From positions 1,845,559 to 1,909,558 of the forward strand of contig OZ316895.1 of assembly GCA_973895155.1 (NCBI GenBank): a stretch of 64,000 nucleotides of DNA. Direction: 5' to 3'. The DNA comes from Marsupella aquatica (Eukaryota > Plantae > Marchantiophyta). Each line of letters starts with the position of its first letter. Positions within the stretch are counted from its first letter, which is position 1. Below, in pieces: positions 27,701 through 40,790 of the stretch. Under the pieces are notes generated by a model. That model did not search any database and had not been told where the DNA came from. It saw only the letters and a list, made by a program, of their open reading frames with translations. The position numbers and the translations under genes were made by a program.

Positions 27701-28419
27701 GCACTCGGTAACCACTCGGCAGCAACTCAACTACTGAAACAATCAGCTCTCCTTAACCTCCAACTTGAGCTATAACATGCGATGCCTCTAGCACCGCACA
27801 GCTCACACCATTGAAAACACGAGTTCCGGTCTCTCCCTTGAAAAACCGTCGAACACGAATAAATCCAGAACGACGCAAACTCCGATTCCTCCGCACCACG
27901 GATACCAACCAGTGCGTTCTATACACCGATAGAAAGCCCTCTCACTAATCTATCCGCTCAGCCACACACATTCGAGTTTCATGCGATGAAACTTTGAATG
28001 CAACACCGACACTGAACGTTGGAAAACCGTCACGAACAAACCTCGTCACCTCCCAGGCATGCTCTGATACCAATTGTAGAGCAAAGACGACAATCGCAAC
28101 GGCAAGCCCATGAACCATCAAATGCACAGTAGTCGACACAGAGAGATACGTGGTTCACCTCCACATGAGGCTACGTCCACGGGAACACACGAGAGCTTTA
28201 CTGCACTCTAGGCCGACCGGCCATACCAAGCATCCACAGCGCAAGCTCTGCCTATCTCTCAACTAGCTCTGTAACAATGAGCCTGAGTTCCCACTCTCCA
28301 AGCAAACACCGCTTGGTTATAGAGTGTGCACAGCATGACTAACCTAACCAAGTCTGCAACTAAGGTTAGCCTTAACTACGGTACAGTCGTAACTCTAGAC
28401 CTAAGAGTAAATCCTAACA
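21731..28419 (-). mobile_element. Full-length Ty1/copia LTR retrotransposon (Tnt1/Tork-like), coding region inactivated
   Basis: Two 345-bp TG...CA LTRs (21731-22075, 28075-28419), TSD CAGAC on both sides, tRNA-iMet PBS at 28061-28072, and a polypurine tract next to 22076. Confidence 0.97.
22267..26454 (-). pseudogene. copia gag-pol (Gag, protease, integrase, RT, RNase H) with several frameshifts and stops
   Basis: Gag KYDGRSNYLFW and knuckle CWNCNQVGHFKRDY; protease WILDCTCSFH; LWHSRLGH..CEHC; integrase IHSDVW, FIDDYSR, RSDNGREY; RT YKARLVAKGF, QMDV, YVDDML; RNase H YVDADYA, CDSQSA, KHIDVRYHF. Domain order PR-INT-RT-RH is copia. Confidence 0.96.
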
Positions 28420-31253
28420 CAGACCTGTATTACCCTATACATGATGCCAGGCAGTTTTGGGTTTGGTTTTTCTGTGTAAATGAGAGCCAGGTGCCCTACC
28501 GGAGTCCCAGACTGCACATTGACAATTAAATGTTGCATTGTCAGTTATGCCTCACATAATCAGGACTTACTACAGGTGACTTAGCAATTGGGATTATTAT
28601 CAGGAACTTTCACCGTTGACTGTTTGGCAATGTCCTTTACCTCCCAGTGAAACAGCCAATTCCAGTAATCATGGCTCACCCTGAGAATTTCTTCAGAAAT
28701 GCCACTGACCCTGGATATTCACCCGGCCTGCATTTGGGAAACTCTAATGTCTTCTTCTTTGGGTTCTAGCACTTAGTAGACTCTCCCCACCCACATTCTT
28801 TGTAGGGAACCCATTTCAGGGTGATCCCCACCTAGTGACATATATTCTTAATGGGGAACCCACTTCAGGGTGAGCCCCCATGGATCCAAGAGGGACCTGC
28901 ACCAGAGAGAGGATTAAATGTATGAAGGCCACAAAAGTGGGCAAGCAGGGGCAAAGGAGATAACCAAACTCCCATCCACTGCCCCCATGGAACCCCATCC
29001 CACCCACACACATATACCCCCATGTGGGGATGGAGGATTAAACCTGGGACCTTTCAGTTCCAAGCTGATCCCCTAGCCAACTGACAAAAGCCAATTGGTT
29101 GTCTCTTACCATGTGGACAGCCCTTTTTCTCCCCATTGTTTTTTGCAATTTTTGAACTAGGAAACTGGTTGGATTGGTAGTTTGGTAATTTTACAACTAC
29201 ACCAAAATAGTGTGTAACTAGTGTGACACCAAAATTAGAGTGAACCACACTGAGTTTTGTGAAGTCAACATATTTTTTGAGCCCTAATCACACTAATTAA
29301 GTCCCACTATTTACTTTGTATTGAGAGTCTGCTTCACTCTCAGTTTTATGCCTTGATTCTCAGTGTGCAGTATTCAAGGCAAACACCTCAATTAGTGAGG
29401 CCAAAAGTGTGACTTCTTGTGAACTCTAATTGGTGTGACACTTGAAATAATGTGACTCACACTATATTATGTGAGATGTGAAATTTAAAGGGCTATTTGT
29501 GTGACTAACACTAATTGCAGTGGAAAGTGTGTCAAACTGGCAAAAGAAAGAGAACCAACAATTGGAATTTGAAGCCCCCATGGACCACATTTCCCAAAAA
29601 TTTAGTTTAATTGTAATAATTTCCTGGGAATTTTAGTTAATTGTGATAACTTGATATTCATGAATTCCAATGTTTTAGGGTTTTGGGTATTTGCTAGAGG
29701 AAAATGTAATCTACACATCCATCCAAGTGACAGTGAATTTGTGGCCATTTTAGTTGAATTTATCATGACAAATTAAAGATAAATTCTATTACATTCATTT
29801 TCACTGTGACTGTTAGTATGACATATTTGGGCTTTTGTTGTGCCTGTCTCCTCCTTTTCTAGTTACCTTGTAGGTGCAATATTAAAAAATATTTTAGAAC
29901 TTCCTCTTAGTCATCAAGTTATGGGCCCCAAACTCCCATGGACCACCAAAACATGGTACACAAGAGCTCTCTGTTCAACATGACAGTCCATCCTGTCCAG
30001 GCTCCAGCTTCCAAGGTCCATGATCCTGGCTTCAGCCCCCAACAACCCATTCTCAAACCTCTTTTCTAAACTGTATGCTCATAATCCAACTACGAAAAAT
30101 GACCTGCTTACATTGGTGGGCGGACTATGGACCCTAATAAGCCAGCTGAGAGGACAGGATACAGGGCATACTCTGTAATAATCACAACACAGGGCTCATG
30201 GGCTATAAAGTGTCCTATCCAAGCAAATATCAATGTTTCTGCACGTTCCATGGAAAGTATGCCAGTCCATGGGAGTAAATGGCAAACCTGGTGTCACACC
30301 GCAGCTTCTGTTTATAGAAAGGACTAGAAGAACCGGGAAGGTGATTTTCCATATTGGATTTGTCGACAGTACCAGCCCGAACTCAACAGGGGGAGCGTGT
30401 CCTATAGAAGTACTATATACAGATGATATGTGCTATGGAAGCTGCGCGCCTCGGATCGAGTTCTCAAGCGCCTCTGGTCCTCCCACTCGACAGTGTATCA
30501 TCTTTCAAAATTCGAACCGAGTAGGCTGCAGCCTGCAGGGTGAGGCTTCACGACTCGTTGGAGTCGGATATCGCAACATGAGAAGGTGCCTACTGGAGAC
30601 GAGCATGAGAAGTAGCTTTAGATATCGACTCGTCCGTTCGAAAGAGCAGTAGAGGAAGCGTGCGTAATGCATATATTTGTGATTGTTTTTTGGTATGAAT
30701 TCAACGTCTTGACGAGTGCGGAGGCATGACTGTTTATTTTGTTCTTGGATGCAGGGACTGACATCTCTCGAGCGAGGAGTGCTTGCTTCCTCAAAATCTT
30801 GGTATTACTTTACGACATGTCCCATTGTTTTCGTATCCGTTTGAAAGTTGCTGTTAGCAGCAGGACCGTTTTTCATCTCAGACAGCGTGTGTGGATCCGT
30901 CGTTGAAGAGTTTACGTGTATAGGCTTCAGCTGTTGATGCATCCACAATTATTGCTAAAGGCCCACGCTAGGAGTTGGTCGCTGGTGTTGAGAAAGTCAG
31001 ATAGAGAACTATATTGTGAAGGTTTTGAAACAATTTGGAACTCGGTTATGCTGTTGAGGCACGTGATCCTGTAGCAGTTTGTCTGAGTCAGGTTATCATC
31101 TAGCTGGCGAAGCTCGGGCTCGACGTCGTGGGAGGATATGAATCAATTCAAGCCCTGTCTACAATCTTTCTTCTCTGTACGTAGTGACATTCTCGATTAG
31201 ATGACTCCGTTTGGTAGCTGCTTTTGAAGCAAAGGAAATCTTTCTTGCTCAAA

Positions 31254-34200
31254 ATGGTTGTCCCCGCTTTCATGAATTACTTCAGTCTGTTCCAGCTCCG
31301 TCGTACCTACTTGGATGTCGTCTCAGACTCCGTTGTTGCGATGACGAAGGTTGTAGTAAACCATGTTGGTGCCGGGAAATCGTTGGGTCGTGGGAACCGT
31401 CCACGACGTTCTCCAGAGAATTTCCGGAACTCGTCGTCAAGTAGATCAAGCTCAAGATCTAGTGTTTCAGACAGAGATATCTGCAGCTCTGAGTGTGACG
31501 AAGAGGACGAAGAAGACGAATTCGAAGAAGAGGAAGAGGAAGAGGATCCGAAGACTACGCCAAAAACTCTAGACCTATGGCTGGAGTTCCAGAACCTGAC
31601 GTACTCTGTGCCACACTCTAATGCGCATTGTCAGGCCTGCAAGTCGAGGATTCAGAGAACAAGATACAACACTGATTACGATGATCATGACCAACACGTT
31701 ATGGCGGATGATGGAGAAGTGAAAATTCTTCGAAATGTGTCAGGAGTAGTGAAGGCAGGAGAAATATTGGCTATCGTCGGCCCTAGCGGATCTGGGAAAT
31801 CTACGTTAATCGATGCGTTGGCCCAAAGGATTGCACGCGATAGCTTACAAGGAAGTATTACGCTGAATGGCGAAGAGGTCAAAAGCAATAGCATTGTCCG
31901 TAGTATATCAGCTTACGTCATGCAAGAAGATCTGCTATTCCCTATGCTCACAGGTATCTCCCATCCGCCCCACAGTTGTTTGATTCTAGCACCAGCCGAT
32001 TATGAAAAACATACATACGACGACCTTGGAGTCATCACATGCAGTCTGACAGAAGTCTAATGGTCAGAAGGACTATCTTAAGGCAATTGTTGCAAGATTG
32101 CTCAATTTGGATAGGTTAAGTACAGGCTGGAGAGTCATTTATCAGAGTCATACTAAAGATCAACAGTCAAGGATCCACATTCTGATTGCTATTGCAGTCT
32201 ACGTACTCAGGATGTAAAAATGCACTCAAAATTGTACAATGTCATTCGTACATCTTGATAAGTAAGACGCTTTTGGATTCCACAAATTCGCCATTCACAG
32301 GTAGATTACCTACGCTAGTATATAAGCGCTGGATTGACTTTTTTTTTCTTTTGATCAGTCAAGGAGACCCTTCGCTTTGCAGCAGAGTTACGCCTACCCA
32401 ACAGCTCGTTAGAGAAACAGGCTCGTGTGGACGAAGTCATATTGCAGCTGAATCTTACCACTGTAGGTAACACCATAATTGGCGACGAAGGACATCGTGG
32501 AATTTCCGGAGGAGAGAGAAGAAGAGTCTCAATAGGCAAGGGAATAATACACGATCCGCTCCTGCTCTTCCTAGATGAACCAACTTCTGGTTTAGATTCT
32601 ACCAACGCCCTTCTAATTGTTAATACTCTCCAGGTATGTGGAATAACACCTGCAGCCATCTTCCATTAATCACAGCTAGTACATAGTCTTACTGTGTGAT
32701 GAAACATGGATGATTGTCGATCTAGTACGTCAAGATACATTTAGTAGTAAGATATTCTCTGATCCAGACATGAGGAAGTCAATCAAGAGAACGTCGAAAC
32801 ATCCGTTGGCATTACCTCTCAACTAGTTCATTAACTCCGCAGTAGCAACGGTAGCTGTTCCATGTAAACTGGGAATTAAAATTGTCATTTCTACACTCAG
32901 TGCAGTGCTGATTGCTGAACAATTGCAATAGAACGTTCTGGATCAGAATGCTCTAATAAACATTACTCTTCGGTGTTTGTAGAGGATTGCAATGACAGGA
33001 AGTATTGTAGTGCTTTCGATGCACCAGCCTAGCGAGCGCATTTTGAAGCTGATCACTACTGTATTATACCTTGCGGAGGGTAGTGTTATATTTAATGGCC
33101 CGCCAGCAAGCCTCCGAAGCTATTTTGAGACGTATCTTGGGTACACGATTCCCGAAGGAACTAACTCAACTGAATATGCTTTGGATCTGGTTCAAGATTA
33201 CAGTGTGAAAAGTAGAAATGGTATCATACCGCTTGTTCAGTCCTATGAACGATTTTCTGACGAAAGAAACTATCAAAGGTTTGCTACAGCTGGAGACGAT
33301 GTACTTCCTCCTCCACAACTTACGACAGGGGATCCAGAATCTCTACTGCCAACCGGTGTAAGGGGCGCGTTAGTTGCAAGTTTTGCACTAGGGAAGCTTG
33401 TTGGATCAATTGGTTTTCTGAGGCACTACAGAGATAGCGACAGAGCTATACAAAGATTTGCCAACTCAAGGTATTATGAGATTTATATTCTAGCTTGGCG
33501 AGGAATCCTGAACATAAGGAGGACGCCTGAGCTTTTCATCATGAGAATCGTCACTGTTGTAATCTCTGGTTTCCTCTTGGCAACTGTGTTCTGGCAACTA
33601 GATTCTTCGCCTCAGGGCCTCAGAGAACTTCTTGGATTTTTCGCATTTGCTACATCAACCACTTACTACACTTGCGTGGACACCCTTCCCATTTTCTTAC
33701 AGGTACGGTTCTGTATAGACAAAAGCTTTTGGGAAAGTTTTTATTGATTTTCATGACCTCTTTAAGCAATCCAGGTGCCAAATTGTTTTTTGTCCCCGTC
33801 GTCATCTTCTACGATTCGGAACACAGATACTTCGACAAGCATCCAGGCACTTATGGAACCTGTCGCCGGCTTAGTTGATTGTTTACTATAGTAAGTTTAA
33901 TTACTGTCTCGCGCGTTAATTAAAAGTCCACGGATAGAGCTTAGCTAGCTATACCTTCATATGCAAGACAGCCGAGTTTTCTACTCGAATTCTGCACTGT
34001 CTTAACAATGCATGGTGTTCTGTACTTTCGAGCAGGAGCGCCACATCATCATGCGCGAAATTGCCCACGACTCATATCGCATCTCCTCATATGTTCTGGC
34101 AATCGCCATCATCAATATACCCTTCTTACTGGTCCTCGCGTTTGCTTTCTCTATCACAACATTCTGGACTGTCGGGCTATCTGGCGGTGCCACGGGATAC

Positions 34201-34743
34201 TTCTTCTTCCTATTGATCCTATGGGCCTCTTTCTGGGCTGGAAATTCTTTCGCAACGTTGTTGTCGGCCTTGATCTCCAATGTCATAACAGGCTATGCAG
34301 TTGTGGTAGCTGCATTAGCTTACTTTCTTCTCCTTAGCGGTTTCTTTATCGAAAGGAACAGAATTCCTCGGTACTGGGTATGGCTACACTATCTTTCTCT
34401 CATAAAATACCCATATGAAGCTGTCCTGCTCAATGAGTTCAACAGAAGGAGTTTTACATGCTACGAAACCGCAGACCAGATCCTATCGGGCACTCCCTTT
34501 CAAGGTTTACACGAAGTTACAGATTACGTTTTGAAAAATCTGAGATTGATTTTGCAGAACACGAAGTACCGTAACTTGAACGGATCAACCTGCATGATCA
34601 ATGGAGCGTCCGTGCTTCGCAGTCAGAATATTGGCGAAATCAGCAAGTGGAAGTGCTTGGTTGTAACAGTGGCCTTTGGCATAGTGTATCGCATTTGTTT
34701 CTATATTGCTCTGCGATGCTCCAGTAAAAGGAATCGACGTTGA
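31254..34743 (+). CDS. ABCG: Half-size ABCG (WBC) transporter, ABCG1/2/6/16/20-like, about 800 aa, 4 exons
   Basis: Exons 31254-31953, 32359-32633, 32983-33702, 34036-34743 (2403 nt, in frame; the start ATG is the least certain point). Walker [10 protein letters not shown], signature [12 protein letters not shown], Walker [13 protein letters not shown]-loop [49 protein letters not shown] is typical of this clade. Confidence 0.93.
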
Positions 34744-37700
34744 TCAGTGGCAATATTGTGAGTGTTCGCATATAAGTCATTATTGACATGCAGACATGTT
34801 GACAGATTAAACGCACAGTGCTCGATGAGTCAAATCAAAGCTCACGATCTCCGACGCTTTTGTTATAACTAGGTCCAATCATAGTTTAGGGACCGATTAT
34901 CCTTTAGTAATATTCGATTTTTGTTAGTTTGTGCAATTCTCGTTTTCGGTTCTCGCTTATTGTTGTTGTACCAAGTTGCTACAAAGTTTAGAAATTTCGA
35001 TCTCTTCATGAAATAGTTCATCTGTACTGAGGTTCAGTAGGTCGTGGCACTGGCCACATACGGATGGAGTGTTATTTTCTATAAGCTCCCAGCGAGACTT
35101 CCAATACTGGTACATCCATAACATACAGAGCGATTCATGCTACTTGTTCGAATTTGATTGAGGATTTTGAGATGCGCCAGGATCTGCTACTCGCCCTTGC
35201 CATAGTATCGTCGAGAGCATCGTATCCTGAATGGACGATTTGAAATTTGGAAATTAAAGTGGGGGACCTTGGTCAATCGTTGGAAGTATAGGCGGGAGTG
35301 TAGGTTTCTTTCCAAATTCTTACATTCTCATTCTGACCTTTGATCATCACACCCTTCTCAAAATCTTTCATACTCAGTCTGGGATGACATGGAATTTATG
35401 GAATTTTGGAAGAGTACTATAGCTTATACATAGCTTGGCACTCGGGACTTGGCAGTGGAGCTAAATTTGCATAGTTTAAGTCGGGGGCAAAAAGGGACCC
35501 CCCGTGCAAGTTTAGACTGCGGTCGAGCATCTCAGTTAACAGAACTTTTATCTTATTTAAAAGATTGTGGGAGCTCCTGGCTTTCCGACGATGATAGTGT
35601 AGAATTTTGTCACTCACAGAATACCGCAGAGGATACCCACCTAGTTTACTCTAGCATCGCCGATGTTTTTAATGGGAGAAACCTTCCCATTTTATTAGTT
35701 CTTTTGTTTTCCTCGTTTCCAATTCAGCCTGGAAGCCATTTGTGGACGGTTTAGCCGAATTAGATTCGTGTTATGGTTAGACATGTCTAAATGAAAGTCT
35801 ACATCGGACTTGGTCATCGGTAACCTTTTTCTGCCTTGAAAACTGCGCATGGAGACATCACCGAACTCCGATCCAAACTGTATGTGAATAGTTCTTATCT
35901 CAAGGCCCATTGAAATCGCGCGAGGAGCTAGCACCCCTTATAAGGCATCGAGATATCACCGAACTCCGAGCCAAACTGTGGGAATAATTCCTATCTCCAG
36001 GCAACTTACCGTATAATAAATTGACGTGAGTACCAGTAAATCACCTATAGTCCTTAATGTAACATCCATTTTGTAAAGTACAAGTACAGCATAGCAAATA
36101 GTGACTCTTAGTTAGGTACGTCGCCCGAATGATTGATCTGCACTTCTGCAGTATGCCGGAAGTGAAATTTCTACATCAGTAGTTTAATTCGATCGAACGT
36201 ACAGCTCTGCACAATGCACGCGACAGTATAGTAAGTGCTTCAATTTAAGCTCCATCATGCCCCGTCATCTCAAGCCAGGCACAAGGGGAGTATCGTCAGC
36301 GGCGGTGAAGTTCGTATCAACATCTTCGACAGCTGCAATAGATTTGGCGCTGGCTTCCTAACCACCAGATCCTTCCCAAAATTTTCAACATTACAAACCG
36401 AGATCGAGTAGCTGCTGTCGCGTCGAATCAGTTCAAATTAAAGAAATCATCGCATCGATGTCGCCTGCTGATGGCGAGTGGATCGTTAGCTCGCAGACCT
36501 CTAGCAATCGCGGACCTCTACCGATTGCACATTGGTAGACTATGTTCCTATAATTACAAAAGTGAGAGGAAATTAACGTCCAATGGAAGTTTGACATTTA
36601 ATTATAGATGCTCATGCGATGACTCTATGTCAAACCGTTGCAACTGCTCAGCCAAGCCTACAGTAGCTTCAGGATGCTGAGGTAAGAAGTGAAAAACTAA
36701 CTCATGACGCTACAGACGTGCAACAAATGTATAAACTGCCATGTCGAGAGTTTGACAATCTTTTCCAATCTCCTCAGAGCATTGTCTGGTAAGTAGTTCG
36801 GTGACTCCTGCCGTAACGTTAGTTTGCACTGCGCAGGAAGTTTGTAGACACCAGTTTTGTCTTTTCTTCAAGGTCGGCATCACCATGAAGTAGCGCGGCG
36901 AGATTCCTTAATTGAAGATAGTACAAACGTCGATGTTCTGATACCGATGGAACGAGATCACAGCTCCAATTGAAAGTCCCAATTCTAGTCTTTATATGAA
37001 TCGGTGTTTCGGTGCCAATCTAATGTTACGAACGTAAAGCAAGTTTTGAGCAACACTAATTGCGGACTTATACGGAATAGATCAACGTTGGTATCTGTAG
37101 TGGATCCATACCAAAGGGTAGCACTGGCGACGTGCAGGCAGCTGGATTTCTACTTGACTGTACGTATGTATGTACCACAAATCAATCTACCAACGAAGAG
37201 CACGACGGATGAAGTAGTACCTGGCGAATAGGGTGGTAGTGACTCTGCATATTTGAGTGGGAGCTGCCACTTGCAATGCTGTACAAGCACCACAAGCACA
37301 CTTCCATAAATTCGTGAACTTTCCTAGCTGTACAGTCCGGTATCAAAACGTGGACACGAAGTGAGAGGCACGATGGGCATACGTCAATGATATCTAAAAA
37401 GAAGATATCGCTAAGGATTGGTCTAAGGAAGGTCGCTGGGAGTGAACTGTATTCATATGCCCCGGCAGCTTGTGACAAACAGGTATGTGGTTTCCTCTCC
37501 GCTACAGTACAGCTAACCTAGTGTCCAGGGGGTCAACTGTGATCAGCACGGCTTCCTGCGAAAACATTCACACGAACAACTCGATGGATTTCCGTTAGGG
37601 CAAACGTTGACCCTGTACAAGATATACATCTTAATTTAGAATCCTAAGCCTGTGTTGATCTTATGGCGAATCCCCACAGCCAAAATTGCAGGGAACTTGC

Positions 37701-38937
37701 AATCCGTGCTTCGCATGAGATTTCTACAATTGTCATGATCGAATCATCCGAGACTTATCGCCGTACCACGACGAGTGACGAAGTCATCTCAACGACGTCA
37801 TGCCCAGCCACGTTTCTTGTGATCTCCTTCGACGTCGTACAATCATGAGTTCCAGGTGGAGGTAGCCAGCCAATCGCACGGAGAAGGCCATCGATACCAG
37901 ATTTATCCAGAGGCTTGGTGTTGTGTTGCTGGCCACATCGATCAGATGTAGAAGATGTAGTTAGTTTTCGCCATGGCCAGTTCGTCGAGTCAGAGATCTG
38001 TCTTTATTTTCAACCAAATCTGACACCATATGAAGTTAATCGAGTTCGCGGCCAGCTTTTGACTATTGCTTCCAATGAAGTTTTGTAAGAAGAGCATAAC
38101 TGTAGTACAAGCTGTGATCTCAAATCGAGTTGGCGGCCAGCTATGACGATCAATGTTTGCCCATGAACTTTTGTAAGAAGGACCTAACTCTCTAGAAGCT
38201 GTCAACTGTCACAATCGGACAGGGGATGCACTGTTATTATCCTGACTGTACTCAGACGCCGTGGACTGTCAAACTGTACTGGGGTGGATTCGCGTCAGGT
38301 TGGCGACCAGCTACTCTCTATTACAAGCTAATCTAAATTGTGCGGAACCAATAGATGTCTAGAAGCTGTAATTATCTCGCCATCCGGATTGGGATCGAGC
38401 GCAAGTTTCTGCGATTGAACAGCTTACTACATTAAATCCCTTTCTACTAGTCTAGCTCCCCATAACATTGCTTCCAGTTTTCCAGATTGAATACTTCGCT
38501 ACTGTTCCTTAGTTTTTGGTTTTAGTGTGTCTGCCCACGTGACGAAAACCAACCTTTGTGTCTCTGGTGCTTTCCTTTCTCTGAACTTGGATGATAGAAA
38601 CTGAAGTTCTCATGGATCGTAACTGTTTGACTAGATGACTGAGATAGACAATCGCAACCAACACGTATTTCTACTCAGGAAACGAGTGTGGCAGTTTCTG
38701 TTGGCAACTTTGGCCCGTACTTGGTATTTTGTCCAGACAGTCCTCCAGTGGGCTGCCCTAAAGTCCAAATTAGCCGTGGAGTGCTCTCACTCTGGCTTCA
38801 ACTGTTGCGGTCACTCTTTCCTCAGCTCTCCGTTGCTTACCAGTTGCAATCATCGGCATCAAGACATTCAACAAACCCTGCTTTCAGCTTGCAAACATCT
38901 GCACCATTCGACAACCATACCAGGATTTCATGCAACT

Positions 38938-39138
38938 AAAACATTCTCACAAGGACACACTTTCTCCAGGATTTCCTGCAACAATAACATTCTCACAAAG
39001 ACACACTTTCTGCGCCAACAACACTTTGTAACAACCCGGCTAGAATGACCAACATGCCATGCAGCAACATACAATGACCTACAGAATTTTAGTGTGCAAC
39101 ACACTGGCATGAATTTTAGTGTGCAACACACTGGCATT
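38938..39138. repeat. Two short tandem duplications (about 49 bp x2; 27 bp x2)
   Basis: AACATTCTCACAA(G/A)GACACACTTTCT occurs twice, and GAATTTTAGTGTGCAACACACTGGCAT occurs twice. Confidence 0.8.
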
Positions 39139-40217
39139 GGACTAGTGCAATTAGGAAAATTATGGGAAACTCATATTAATCCACAGAATGGATGTACACA
39201 CCCCTTCTATCCAGTAGATGAGGAATCGAAACCACCAATAGGGAGTTAAGGGAGAACTTTGGCGGCCAGCTATCATTGATCAATGTATACATGGAAATTG
39301 AGCTTCCAGTGTGTTATATTTTTGGGAGGAATAAAACAAAACTGGGTTTCACTAGTTAGATTGCCACTGACCTGTTTGTTGTCCAATATCACAAATTGCC
39401 ACATTGTTTAGATGAATTACTACAATGTGATATTTTGTTATAGATGTAAACAACTAACTTTGGTTAAATGCATGAGATTGATATCCTATGACACTGAGAT
39501 CACCACATCATTTGGGGAATCTGACAGCTTCCATCATCCTTGGAGCCAGCTGGGGGCAGGAGAGGAGATTAAAGAGGTAAGCCATGCAGGGTGGGGTGGG
39601 TGGGATCTGCACGAAGGGCTGAACACTGACCTGGCTAGCAAATTAACTAGCAGTGGGGGTGAGAGTGCACTGGGAGTCTGAGGGCAATGGAACCCATCAG
39701 ATTATTGACGTGACAATCTCAGCCAGGGCTATAAGATCTCTCGCACAGTGGTCAACCAAAGCCAAGTCCCCCAACCCGTGACTAAAAAGTGGCCTTGTAA
39801 TAAGTAATCTAAAAAAAGGGCACATAGTGAGTTATTTATTTATTTATTTATTTATGACAAAGAATGTGACAATCATTCTTACTAATAAAATCCGGTTGAA
39901 TTGGGGAACATAGATACTCTTGACAAACTTTGAAAGTCCAGCTAGATGCACAACTGAAGCAGCTAAATGGATGGAGCCACTCTTCTTTCAGTGGCAACAA
40001 TTTGCAAGATTCCACCTCTCTCAATGGTCTTCACCACTTTTGGCTAAAATTCTTGAGATTCTTGTCCAGCATCTCACCTTGCCATAGACCACATAGCCAG
40101 AATCTAACACTTACCCTTAAATCCAGGAAGATCTGATATTGGTCAGATATTAATCTAGGAAACTGGATAAGGAATCTAGCTCCCAATCATCTTCTCCTTT
40201 GCACAAGGAGGCATTAG

Positions 40218-40790
40218 TCACCCTGGGAAAATAGAAAAAAAACCCTTAAAAGCTGGATGGAGCTTTAGAATTTGGAAATCACAGTAGCATGCAACTTTCA
40301 CAGCTCACACCAAGAATTAAGTGGTTTTCAAAGGGAGGTCGGATATATATCACTCACCCTGGAAAAATAGAAAAGAAAAAGAAAAAAAACCTTAAAAGCT
40401 GGATGGAGCTTTAGAACTTGGAAACTACAGTAGCATGCAACTTTCACAGCTCAAACCAAGAATTAAGTGGTTTTCAAAGGGAAGTCGGATATATATCATA
40501 CACCCTGGAAAAATAGAAAGAAAAAACACCTTAAAAGCTGGATGGGGCTTTAGAACTTGGAAACTACAGTAGCATGCAACTTCACAGCTCAAAGCAGCTA
40601 CGAAATAAGTGGTTTTCAAAGGGAAGTCAGATATATATCACTCACCCTGGAAAAATAGAACAAACTAGCCTTAAAAGCTGGATGGAGCTTTAGAATTTGG
40701 AAACTACTGTAGCATGCAACTTTCACACCTCAAGGAATAAAATTCGTTACCGAAATTGGTTTTCAGAGGGAAGTCCGACATATATCACAC
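40218..40790. repeat. Minisatellite, about 136-147 bp x4
   Basis: Units start near 40218, 40354, 40500 and 40642: CACCCTGGAAAAATAGAA..CCTTAAAAGCTGGATGGAGCTTTAGAA..CAGTAGCATGCAACTTTCACA..GTGGTTTTCAAAGGGAAGTCGGATATATATCA. Confidence 0.92.

Noticed and set aside
31254-34743. Calling the ABCG STR or STR2
   Set aside because: The TMD sequence ([19 protein letters not shown]) fits the ABCG1/2/6/16/20 clade better; a phylogeny is needed.
35851-35998. About 48-bp imperfect direct repeat (GAGA(C/T)ATCACCGAACTCCGA..CCAAACTGT) x2
   Set aside because: Two diverged copies with no termini or TSD; not CRISPR and not a definable element.
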